From Hormiphora californensis (taxonomy: Eukaryota > Animalia > Ctenophora): a stretch of DNA of 64,000 bases. The position numbers were made by a program, and so were the translations under genes. A model generated the notes under the pieces. The model was given only the letters and a program-made list of their open reading frames with translations, had not been told where the DNA came from and searched no databases. The number at the start of each line of letters is the position of its first letter. Positions within the stretch are counted from its first letter, which is position 1. This document shows, piece after piece, positions 21,915 to 41,769 of the stretch. The stretch is taken from the NCBI GenBank assembly GCA_020137815.1, contig CM035355.1, positions 3,658,001 to 3,722,000 of the forward strand. Reading direction: 5' to 3'.

Positions 21915-23682
21915 GTTAGGATGACCGTTGAAGATTTATATCTTGCAGGATAGGTGAGACGAGCAACATACAAGATAAGAAAAGCGAGAAGTTGGGCCCG
22001 ATTGAGGATTCAATTCTGCAGCAACTCATCCCTTCTATGACTGGACAACCTGTTATCAACGAGAGACTTCGATCAGTTTTCTCTCTTCCAGCGAGATTTG
22101 GAGGACTCGGGATTCAAAACCCCGTCGCTACATCGGATAGCGAGTACTATTTCTCCAAACTCATGACTGAAAATCTGTCTGCAGCTGTGCTGAACCAGGA
22201 AGATACGTTTACTGCAGATGATGTCAAAAACTCAGAGAACAAACTCATTGTGCGTCGAACGAAAAACGATCAACATCAGACGGCAATCGATCAAATAAAA
22301 TCAAAATCGACACCAGAAGAGAAGAGGACCCTCGATCTCCTGGCCGAAAAGGGTGCATCCTCCTGGCTAACTTGTCTCCCACTAGAATCTCTTAACTTCA
22401 CTCTAAACCGACAGGAATGGTTCGACGCTATCTCGGCTAGGTACAATCTCCCCCTTGTTGGCGAACCTCTACCAGATCAGTGTACATGCGGAGAAGCTAA
22501 CAGTATCGATCATGCTATCTCCTGCAAACTTGGAGGATTTGTTAACTACAGGCACGACAACGTGAGAGACTTTATTGCGAAAGAGCTTAGCACTGTCGGC
22601 CTCGATACCAAGGTCGAACCTCACCTTCTCAACGTTCGGGGGACGTCCCTTCCAGCTGGGACCATCACAGCAGACGGGGCTCGCCTTGACATCAGAACCC
22701 GTGGACTCTGGTCAAGCTTAGACTGTACCTATTTTGACGTAAGGATTTTTAATCCAAGGGTAAAGTCTAATGCCAACCAGAGTATACAGAAGATCTATGA
22801 GAAGCATGAAACTGAGAAGAAGAAAGCTTATCTGCAACGAGTTCTCCAGGTTGAGAAGGCGGTGTTCACTCCGCTTGTCATGTCAACATCAGGCGGACTT
22901 GGTAGAGAATTTCAGAACACACTGAAACAGTTGGCCCACCGAAAATCTTCCAAAACTGGATATGAGCGCCAGGACTGTATTCGGTATCTTAGACTGCGCT
23001 TATCATTTGCGATGGTTCGCTCAATAACTGTATCGATTAGGGGATATCGGGGCAGGGGCAAGGCGGCTGCAAGTGACGCTGATGAATATTTATATCGTAT
23101 GGACTAATTCCACAATAATTTATTGATTCCATTGATTTCTACTGTATAATTTATTATATATTTTATTTTAAGGCCGATATTGGCCGCCCCCCCCTTTTTG
23201 TTTTTCTTTTTAAAAAACGATCCTCGGCTCTTGGCATGCACTGTAGAGTGTAGACCCCTAGTGCGCGCGTTTCCCACGGCTTCAGGGCCTTCAGCGTAGG
23301 CCAAACGATCCTCTTGAAAAGCCTGCCTTATCCCGTGGGGGCCAGCAGCGTTTGCCAAACGATCCTTTGCCTTGTTCGACCCCCCCCCCCTCCCCGCGCC
23401 CCGGTTTGAACAAAACAAACGATCCTCTGGCATCAGGCATCCAAGTCTAACGAACACTGAACCAGTGACCTGAGGAACAAGAGGAATACGAGAAAATTAG
23501 ACTGAGGATCCGAGGATGAAGGCACTGTGAATTAATGTTTAATTTATTGTTTTTCATCCTAACCCTAATGTCTAACCCTAACCCCTTTCCACTTCATCCA
23601 CCTTACTCACCATTTTCAACTTTTTCCACTTCCCTCACACTTCCACTTCCCTCACACTGTTTTAAACTTAGCTCCATCTTAA

Positions 23683-24352
23683 AGTAAGAGTGGCGCGCCG
23701 TGTTTTCTCACAAAACTTAGTGGATGAACGGGGAGTACCACCAGGACCATTGGTAAGGTATCGAAAATTTCCAATTCTGTCGCGTTCATTAGTTATGACG
23801 TAATATGTTCATTATTTCAACTTTTATAAAATTGCTCTACAGAAAAATCTGTGCATTGTGGATTGAAATGGATACTTGCATCGTGTTCAGCGTCAAAAAA
23901 TAGCCGGGGTACCAAATTTTGGTGTCTCTACCTTATCTGTGACGCGAGATATCGACAAATATCAAAAACGACCAAAGTGAGAGAAAGAGAGTTTGTTACA
24001 AGTGGGTGGCGCGCACAAACAACTAGCACCCAAAGATAACAATCTCTCTCTCACCCATTTTGGTCGTTTTTGATAATTGTCGATATCTCGCGTCACAGAC
24101 AAGGTAGAGACACCAAAATTTGGTACCCCGGCTATTTTTTGACGCTGAACACGATGCAAGCATCCATTTCAATCCACAATGTACAGATTTTTCTGTAGAG
24201 CAATTTTATGAAAGTTGAAATAATGAACATATTACGTCATAACTAATGAACGAAACAGAATTGGAAATTTTCGATACCGTACCAATGGTCCTGGTGGTAC
24301 TCCCCGTTCATCCACTAAGTTTTGTGAGAAAACACGGCGCGCCACTCTTACT
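23683..24352. mobile_element. 670-bp foldback MITE with TTAA target duplication (Kolobok-like AG...CT termini)
   Basis: TTAA|AGTAAGAGTGGCGCGCCGTG...CACGGCGCGCCACTCTTACT|TTAA; arms of about 300 bp. Confidence 0.8.
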
Positions 24353-24651
24353 TTAAGTCTGACTAATTAACAATATTACAATTATCTATCTTTCTTTCTT
24401 TTTTCATACTATCACATGTTTTTATACTACTTCTACTGATTAAACTTTCTTTCTTCATTTTTATTTCTTGTTATCAAAATAGCTTAAATGGCATTTCTCT
24501 GGCTCTGAGAAGGCCGCTATAGACGCGGTGTTAGTTTTAACAGTAATCTCGATGTTCTTTAAGTATATCTTTTAGTTCTAGTACAAACGAGTAGTGAACT
24601 AGCATATTTAACGCATTATAGCGGGATATAAATATTCGATATTATTATTAT

Positions 24652-25440
24652 TAACCCTACCATGTAACGTGAATACGGCAGAAGAAGACCTAGCCTCATA
24701 ACTCATTCAAAGTCCTTCTTGGTAAATGGCTGGAGAGATTCCCAGACCGACCACCCGGTGACTCGATGAAGCGCATGTGCGCGTCGCAATGCCAAAATGC
24801 GCGTCGCAAAGCCAAAATGCGCGTCGCAATGGTGCGCGTCTCAACACAGTGTCTCGCCTCCATAGCTTCCAGGGAGGGGGAGGCTCTATGAGGAGCTGAC
24901 ACCTGTGCAGTATCTGCGCAAAGAGGATTACAAGATTACAAGATACTAAACAAGATCCTCCGGCATCCTCCTTGGAAGTTGGAATACCCAGGCAGGGATT
25001 GCACTGGGCGCCCACGGTAGTCATTAGCATTTAGCTGTCGTCCGAGCAAGTACCCAGACGCTATTTACCAGGATGGACCGGCTAGGAGGCTGGTTAATCG
25101 GTCATCGGACTTGATGCAGGAGTGAGGAGAGAGAAAGAGAGAAAAAGAAAAAAGCCGAATCCTCCATCCCGACTCTAAAAAGGGGAGAGAAAGACATTAA
25201 CAGCCATTCTATCCCTCCATTTCATGGAGGGTGCTGTGTGTGTGTGTGGTCAATATGACGGAGTCACGGAGTTCCACTGACACTCTCAAAGAGACCTGGA
25301 CTGTTAATGAATTCAAGGTTGTACTAGGAGGGCACCTCGGAAGTATCACTGCACTGATTTATCACCAACCAGGATGGTACTCGTGTGTTCATGGAAATTT
25401 CTTGTTGGACTACACTCTGAGCCGGGGCACGGACTTCTAA
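24652..25440 (+). pseudogene. degraded 3' fragments of CR1-like LINEs
   Basis: Remnants LP.NV..SFKVLLGKWLERFPDRPP and FKVVLGGHL..QPGWY..GNFLLDY resemble the ORF2 C-terminus at 17410. ATTACAAG tail repeats lie near 24930. Confidence 0.55.
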
Positions 25441-25879
25441 AGGAAAACTCATGCAACAATAGCGGATAGCCCTCATATATCACTTGGGGTTTTCCACGGT
25501 CATTGCTCCACCTCCTGATTCAAATTCAAATGATGAGATGTGATGAGATAGAGATGTGAAATTATTGTGTTAGGTTGATCATGTCAAGTACTTTCCAACC
25601 TCAAAATTTCTATCTCATCAGGGGGTGGAGCAATGACCGTGGGAAATTTCACAAAATCCAAGTGAGGGCTATTTGCCCCAAGAACCGAAAAGGAATTTTC
25701 AGGCATAGTGGACGCCAATACAAAGGGTACGTTCTTGAAGTCAAATCCGGGTCCGCCGGTCCGGTTGGGGCTAGTCCCTTGCAGATTGTGAACTTTATAT
25801 TATGTATCAGGACATAGCGCTCTGCAGGAAATCCTTCCCAGTAGTCCTGGCAGCCTGGTAAAATTTCGCTGTACCTGCT

Positions 25880-26320
25880 CTAATTGGGCAATTTCACCGA
25901 TGAAATTGACGGGTTCCACAATGCAAAACAAATATCCAGGATTGGGCGAACAATTGTTTTGTAAAGAGTCGTCATAACATTACCTGATCTGCATTTGAAC
26001 GCCCCCAGAATCCAGTTTGCATCCCTTGATGCCGATACTGATACCTTCTCGATCTGTGGCTTCCACGTCCCCTCCTCTGACAGGATAACACCAAGAATCA
26101 ATATCATTAACAACCGCCAACCGGAGAGGATGTTACATGTCAGACTTCGCTAGGGGTTTCATAAGAGATATTAAAAAGGGAAGCTCCCGTAGGAGCGTGG
26201 TGAATTAAATAACGCATTGTCAAAGGCCTTTTTATAGTCGAGGTTATTAACATCGTCCTCATCACCTTCACCTTCTGCCCGCAACAATCGGTCGATATGT
26301 TCAATCGCTAATGAAAGTGT
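25880..26320 (-). pseudogene. degraded CR1 reverse-transcriptase fragments
   Basis: IEHIDRLL...LDYKKAFD and LGVILSEEGTWKPQI...MTTLYKTIVRPILD..LWNP parallel the intact ORF2. Confidence 0.7.
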
Positions 26321-27107
26321 GATGAAAGTGTTTCAGTAGCCCCGTTTTCTACCGACTCGATTGTCCCGAGCTCTTAATCCGCCCTAGCTGTAATTTTATC
26401 ATGCTCCAATGACGCAAAGTTACTGCTCCTGAGCAGCTACAACGGTTATGCACATCATCATTTATCCAATTATCTCTCGAAGCTGAAAAGATAGCAACCT
26501 GTGCTCAATCGATTCTGCTTGTCATTCTACACATTTTAGTGTCCTCATTTACGTCTCTGCCCCAATCCAAAGCGAAGTTGTCATTGTTTGGGTGTTTGGC
26601 TCAGGCTGTAAATAAATGTACAGGCAAAAGGTGAAAAGGATGTGGTCATTTTGGGCATGTTCTCCATCTCGGTTGAAGTAGAAATTATTTTTGGTGTTCC
26701 TGGGACCCCATTGGGACACAATGCAAGTTCCCAAATTGGCCCCAAAATGACGGACAGAAATTCCCTAGCCTACTTGGTAACAGTACCCAGACACCACTGT
26801 CAGAGACTGGAGAGGAACGTGTGAAAGATCAGTTTAATCTATACAGTGCTGTTCGTGTGTGGCTCTGCCATGCAATCTAACTTGTGCAACGTGCTTGTCA
26901 TATACTAAGCGGTACACACTGTTCTTACTGCAGCAGGAGCTGTATTTTAAGAACCCAGTTTTAAATGATTGTCATTATCTGCTTGAAAGATATGGGTATC
27001 TGGTGGTCTACTGTTTAAAAAAAAGTACAAAACTATTAAATTCGGTCCGAATTATTCGGGCTCAATTACGATTCACACTTCACAGTCTACGCCTTTTTTT
27101 AGCAAGG

Positions 27108-27792
27108 ATGGGTGATGAGGAAAAGAAAGATGTCGGTGACAAGAATGATCACAGGAGATTACACAGTTTTCCTTTGATAAGGGTAAGATTTTTCTCCGAA
27201 CCGTGAAATGTGCCAGAAGTCGTTACCCAAAGTTTGATAAGGTCTACCGCGTTGCTATGAACGTTGCCATGCGCTCGCCAAACTTGCTATAGAAAGCAAA
27301 CCCGCGCGTCGTTTCAGCACTGCGTGCACGAACCCGACAGTTGTTGCTGTTTTGGAAATGCGCGCTGACAAGCGCTACAGAACCCAAGAAAGGACTTTAC
27401 AGGATAAAAGTTAAAACCTTTTTCCCATTTTCAGCACTCTGATATGGCTGAGGAGATGCGGACTGAAGCGATGGAGTTGTGTGTAACAGCCTGCGAGAAG
27501 TTTGCTTCCAGTAATGAGGTAAAAAGAAGCCCACAGTCATGAAACTGTAATTTTAATAGAATCGCGATCTCCGATTCCAAACCCATAATTCAAGTTACTA
27601 CACACTATCTCTCCCTCTAATTTTCAGGCAGCTTCTAAGATGATCAAAGAAAATATGGATAAGAAGTTTGGGAGTAGCTGGCACGTTGTGGTGGGAGAAG
27701 GATTTGGGTTTGAGATCACATACGAAACTAAAAACCTTCTTTACATGTTTTTCGGTGGAAGCGTGGCAATTGCAGTTTGGAAATGCTCCTAG
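27108..27792 (+). CDS. DNAL4: Axonemal dynein light chain 4, 3 exons (27108-27182, 27435-27518, 27628-27792), 107 aa
   Basis: RLHSFPLIR|HSDMAEEMRTEAMELCVTACEKF..|AASKMIKENMDKKFGSSWHVVVGEGFGFEIT..VWKCS*. Both introns are phase-0 GT-AG. Confidence 0.93.
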
Positions 27793-29004
27793 ATAGGAAT
27801 CAGAGGGTGGTACAGACTTGTAAAACAAGGGGAATGCAGTGCAGACTCTTCTATTTGTTTGAGAGCAGTGCTATACTGTATACAGAATGGGGGAAGAAGA
27901 AAGAACAAGTATTTGCTTCCCCCGATATACGGATGTAAGGGATTCGAAGTGTGTGACTTTTTTGATTTTCTGACAGACATTAATTCTATATAATATTTCC
28001 TCGAATGGTAGCCTGACATAGACATGACCTCTGAAATGACCTCTTTTCAAATGTGAACTGTACAGTTTGTAAAATCTATAATTTCCACAGAAAAACTGAT
28101 TATTCATTTTTTCTTCAATTTGCTGGGGCATCATTTTATAAACGCCAAACGGTGAAGTTAAAGTGAGAGTCCACCCTACAACATGACGACCCATGACTCT
28201 GTCAGAGCATTGGCCTCTACTGACCCTATTCTCATATCTTTCTGCACGTGGAGCGCACGAGAACCGTGCTCAGAGTATTGGCCTGGCAGCCATACCCCGT
28301 TTTCAACTGGCGGCGCCAGACCCCGATTTTATCGACGGTGCGCTCAGATCTGTCTGGCGCCGCGACCCATCTGAGCGCACTGTCGCGCGCTCAGATTAGA
28401 GAGATTTGAGAATCAAATTGGGGTCTGGCGCCGCCAGACAGGCTCAGATGGGGTCTGCAGCACCAGACTAGGACTGGTTTTTAACAAATGTTGCAGTAGT
28501 GCGAGTCAAATGAATTTATAACTACGATCCCTGTTGTCGCCAGGAAGAGAAGGTTCCCTCCCCCGACCATGCATTGAGTAACCCCTTTACCCAACAAGCC
28601 TGACCATGTGTGAAGCAACATAAACAAAGATATTTCGTTTTTAAAGGTCCTCTGACTCGAAAAAACAACTTTGTCTAAATTGACAGTACATGAAAAATCA
28701 TGAAGATCCCAGGTTATCTCACACTCTACGGATTCCTCCTTCCCCCTCTAATTAGGTGTTAAAAGGTTGCCCCACGCTACCCCTTCCGAGCTGAGGCAGC
28801 ATATAGGACCTCTCCCCCCTTTGACTTACACACAAAAACTGATTACATTTACAAACAATGACATTACTGACAAGTGTGATATCATAAATTATCCATGATA
28901 CATAAAAAGGAAATCTCAAAACACGTTTCTTCAAATTAGTGAATGATTTGTATTTAAATACATGAATTAAACACATGAAAATTAGTATTAAATACTTTTG
29001 TCAA

Positions 29005-29560
29005 TCCCTCAGAGCACACTAGATACCCCTCAGAGCCTACTAGATACCCCTCAGAGCCCACTAGATACCCCTCACACCCTGATAGATACCCTCAGAGCCT
29101 GCTAGATACGCCTCAGAGCCTACTATAGCCTCAGACGTTATTAGATACCTCTCACATCCTATATGAAAAACTGGGAAATACCTCTCATATGTTACTAGAT
29201 ATTATTATATCCCCAGACCCTTCCACACACCCCTCTGACCCTCTCAATACCCCTCAGACCCTGCTAGAGACTACGAGTTTGTTACCCATCTCTTAGCCGC
29301 CTCTAGATATACCTCAAACCCTACTGGACACCCGTAAGAGTGTATAATATGACCCTCAGATCCTACTAGATAAAGTCGATGGATCTGAGAGGTATCTAGA
29401 AGGGTCAGAGGAGTGTCTAAAAGGGTCAGAGGGTTAGCTACTAACGTATTTAGAAATTCTGAGGTCCTATACTGGATCCGAGCGAAAGCGGAGGGTATCT
29501 ACTAAGCTGTGAGGTGTAGAGTTGAAGGGGTATCTAGAATTAAGGGTCTAAGGGAAATCC
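29005..29560. repeat. degenerate ~21-bp repeats (CAGAGCCTACTAGATACCCCT) that switch orientation midway; old foldback-like element
   Basis: CTAGATACCCCTC copies are followed by reverse-complement GGGGTATCTAG copies. Confidence 0.55.
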
Positions 29561-31773
29561 CCCCCCCCCCCCCCGGATGTTTAGTAACAACAGAGGGTCA
29601 TCTACCAGGGCGTTTAACCTAACCATTGCTCTATTCCTAGAAATAACACCTGTACCGGTTTACAAATCAACCCAAGGAGTAAAGACAACCTTTAGCATAG
29701 ATTGTGTGTAGCAGAATTTATTAAGTCAAGGGTCACAGAAATTCATAAGATACTTAATATTGATGTGAAAATGTCAACTTAATAAACCTATAAGCCATAA
29801 ATAATCTCAGACGACAACAAACTGAACAAAATGTAAACATAACTGACATTTACACACAAATACAAAGAGCCCCCCTTCCCATGTGCTGCCTCCCGTAGCA
29901 AGGGAGAGAAGTTCCACACCTGTCAACACCCAATTAGACCCCTTAGAGATAACCATATGAGGTGAAACATACATCATTGTTCATGATTTTCCACGTAGTG
30001 TCATAATAAGTCAAAAATAGAAAATTGATTTTTAAAACAAAAATTGATTTTTAAAACAAAAAACAGCCAACATAAGAGCCATAACACGAATAACAAGAGA
30101 GCACAAAACTGTCTGATTGTGTATACAAGGTAGTACAAATGAGACATGGAGCTTTCTGTAAACTAGATTTTCAAGGCAAGTCCAAAACAACCGGAATTTA
30201 CTTCTTATCTAATAGGGAAGGTAAGGCTCATTCTGGTTGCTTTGTACTTGCTTCTAATAACTGCTTCAGAAAAGTGATTCATGTCTCATTTTACCCCATA
30301 CATGCACTGTATAAACACAGCTGCAGACTTTAAAACATCTCTTTCTCCCGTTCTCTCAAATTACACAACTACAAACGTATGTTGTTACTATTAGTAACAT
30401 TGTTACTAACAATGTTACTCAACAACATATTGTGTGTATCTGACTTGATTTGGTCGACCAATAGTCTTTCTCTGACCTTATTCTTGATCGGGTTAAATCG
30501 ACTAAATAAAGCTATGGTATATAATAGATTATTAACCCTTTTAATTTCCTGCACACACAGAATTTACTGGCCAACATGCAACTTCAATGTGATTTATATA
30601 ATATTAATATATCTCCCCTCGGGGGCCCGTTATTATCATCGACATCATATCAATAAAAATTTCCAGAATCAATTTGATATATCTCATCTCATTTTTCCAC
30701 GGCCAACAGATTATCTTCAGTCCACTTTCTCTTTCACGATAGGAATAGTATCGCCATCGGTCTCATCTTCTCAATCCTTCCCCCTCTCTCTCTGACTCTC
30801 CCTCTCTATTTGGAACACGTGTTTTGATCCCTGGATGTCGCATCATCTGCAGTAGGTTTCACTGGAAGAGAGATAGAGTAAAAAGGGGTCATTCAGATTA
30901 TATCAATGTAGGATCATCAGTAATGTTCAATACCAGTCAATCTAGGCTGCAAGGAATCTTCCCATTTTAATGTTCATGCCAGCAAAATGTGTTTGAAGAA
31001 TGACCCCTTTAGGACTAACATGATAGCTTAATCATCAGCACATGAATCAATAGATTTTTTATGTAACTAACATGTAAAGATCTACTAAATTAATTTAAGG
31101 ATCAGGTCGGACTCAGTTTTCATGACAATGTCTAACATTAACATGCAAGAAGTTTAGGATTTCTCTGATAGTCAGTTTTAGGAGAGAGACTTACTAAGTC
31201 TGACTTAGTTAGCTCTGAATCTGCACACATGAAGTTGTTCTTTCTATAGTTTCCAAATTCAAAATGCTAACTGGGTTACATGATTCACTCTCTTCTCACA
31301 GTCACACCACATGTTCATTTCTTTTAAGCCAATTTCAAACAACTTCACCTAGCACATTGTGTTGTAGAAAATCGGAAGATTTTTTGCGAATCCTTGAACT
31401 TTGAAAAATATATTTGAAAGTTAGGTATAGTCGTTTGAAATTAACTCTTGAACAAGCCAGCTTACACAGTCTACACACACAATTCAAATGCCAGGCAAAT
31501 AATCAGCAACACGGTTCATATCACTAACATATTATTCAATCGAGTTCCACACAAATCATAACACACAAACATGGGGCAATCATGATGTCTTAGAAAAAGT
31601 AGTAATTTCTCCAAGATACATGGTTTAGGTTGTACAATGTACACCCATGCATATTGATTCCGTACGTGACATATCTTACAGTAATATGTCGATATCCATC
31701 ATACTGTCAGCGGTATTAGTGGTAAAGAGAGGGTATTGCACGTGATGTTGCACTGGCATACTCAGAAACTGGT

Positions 31774-39940
<8,167 letters not shown>

Positions 39941-41769
39941 CTGAAATTAACAGAATGTGATTAACATTAATTACGTACATTTATGTGGAGTTGTTAATTA
40001 GTAATTGATCTAAGATCATTTAATCCTTGCCAGGACTTGGTAGCGAAGTTACCGGCCCTCCCTTGCCATCGCGCCAAAGGGTTATTTCGTAACCAAGCCA
40101 GGACCCCGCTCGGACATTCAAAAAAAGGAAAGTGTATCTACTTTTTGAGTTCTGACTTCTGTCGGATTTATCTCTCTAGGTTCGACCTCTGTTTGTCTTG
40201 TTTTTTCTTCAAACGAAGGAGGGTCGAACGCGAACAAGGCAATGTTTGTCTTTCTCTGTCTTGTTTAGCCTTTGAATTCACACACACACAATTCACATGC
40301 ATGCGAGAATATTTAAAATTTATTCACTCCAATATTTTAAATATATCGATAGTCGATTGTGTTGAGGTGACGCTCAGCTCAATTACATACCCGCCACCGT
40401 CACATATTTCTGTTTAAAATACTTATCATAATGGCCGTTAAAATTCCCACCGTAATATACCATACATACACCTCACCAGACATCATGGCCCCCCTCTATT
40501 CCAGGAATACCCACCCCGCTTTACAGGTGGCATGTCCTGTCTGGCCTACTATTCTGACTAGATCAATATGTGATGGTAAATCTAGTTGCACCCCCCCCCC
40601 ACCATATTTAATGTAATGAGATGGTTCGGGGATGGTTCCGGTTCCAGCTTCTTAGTACTCTACCTTCTTCACTATTGTAAAGACTAAAACCTGCCCTCTC
40701 CGAACTGTGTGCGACATTACAGTCAGGTATAATAGTCAGGACAACTCCACAATACCCAGAACTGTCGATTTTCTTAGAAAACTCTTATTAAAGAGTCTAT
40801 GGGCCATAATAGTGATTAATTCTTCGAGTGATAATTCCCACTTTCCCAGTACAGTTATGGGGTTAAAATAATAGGGCCCTGCAAGGCAACTTCTAGATTT
40901 TTTTTCACTGCCACTTTTTGTTACGTTGCACGGGAAGGACCTCTACCCCCTTTATTGAAATTTGTTTACATTTGAGAGAGTATCACACATTACATAGTGT
41001 GAGAGACAAAGTGTGTGTGTGTATCTCAACAAGGACACCGACCCAACCTCCTGTAAAGCTGGAAACATCGATCTACAAGCAACCATCGCATCAAAACAGA
41101 TAAACTTGTCACGTTGTTGTCAGTCTGCTGATCTCTGTCATGTTTGTTTCTCTAGGTTTCGTCATGTATGCTGTCCCTCAGTTCAGTAATAAGTTTTGTG
41201 TCATGTTGCATTGTATTATTATTTACTACTGGTTGAGCCCCCCCCCCCCCCCCCCCCCCCGGTTAGGATCCTAGTACCCTATCACACCTTTCTTACTGGA
41301 TGACCCTAGCCTTCTTGTGCTGGTGTGTGGTGATATATGATTTAGGAGGGCGGTCACACTTCCCAGCGGGTTTTTGTAGAGCCGGCTTGATATTGTTATT
41401 AATAGTTCTAGCTTTTCTAGGAGACATGTTTCAGGGCACGTTTCTGCTCAAGGAAGGGTAAGGCCATTCACTCATTTCAGGACCTGGCAGAGTTTTCTGT
41501 GGGAAAGGGTGCGGTTCAAGGGTTTCTGTTCCCCTAGTACTTTTATAGGTGCGCTTGTGTAGCCCGTGTCAGGGCTGTTTTGTTCTCCCTAATAAGGGAG
41601 AAGGGGTGTTTGCTCCTTGTTCTTTAGTGTAAGGCAGGGATCGGATGGGTTTGCTTCTTAGTTGGTTGGTTCGGCGTGGTTGTTTGTCGCCGCTCTCTCG
41701 CCCAGGTCCTGTATTATAACATTCAGCCATCCATCCCAACGGCACCAAGGGTGATGAACCTGTATTAAT

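Larger units (their letters stand above)
17374..21989 (-). mobile_element. full-length CR1-clade LINE inserted in the CRE-like ORF
   Basis: Two intact ORFs, a ~75-nt 5' UTR, a short AAGT-type 3' tail, and AGTT duplicated at 17370-17373 and 21990-21993. Confidence 0.9.
14090..23107 (+). mobile_element. CRE-like non-LTR retrotransposon (SAP/HeH-like + RT + CCHC + restriction-like endonuclease), ORF split in three by two insertions
   Basis: Segments 14090-15718, 17210-17373 and 21994-23107 join in frame to 968 aa. Motifs: N-terminal KKDEIKQELQKRGI; RT IRPIGIGE, DASNAFN, QGD, YADD, YLG; C-terminal CTCG..HAISC, RHD, EP, ARLDI, FDVR, EKKKAY. Confidence 0.9.

Noticed and set aside
40660-40880. Degenerate SH2-like exon (YWESGEL..SFLRKS) for STAT-B
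   Set aside because: It has in-frame stops and is out of order relative to the GYIK segment.
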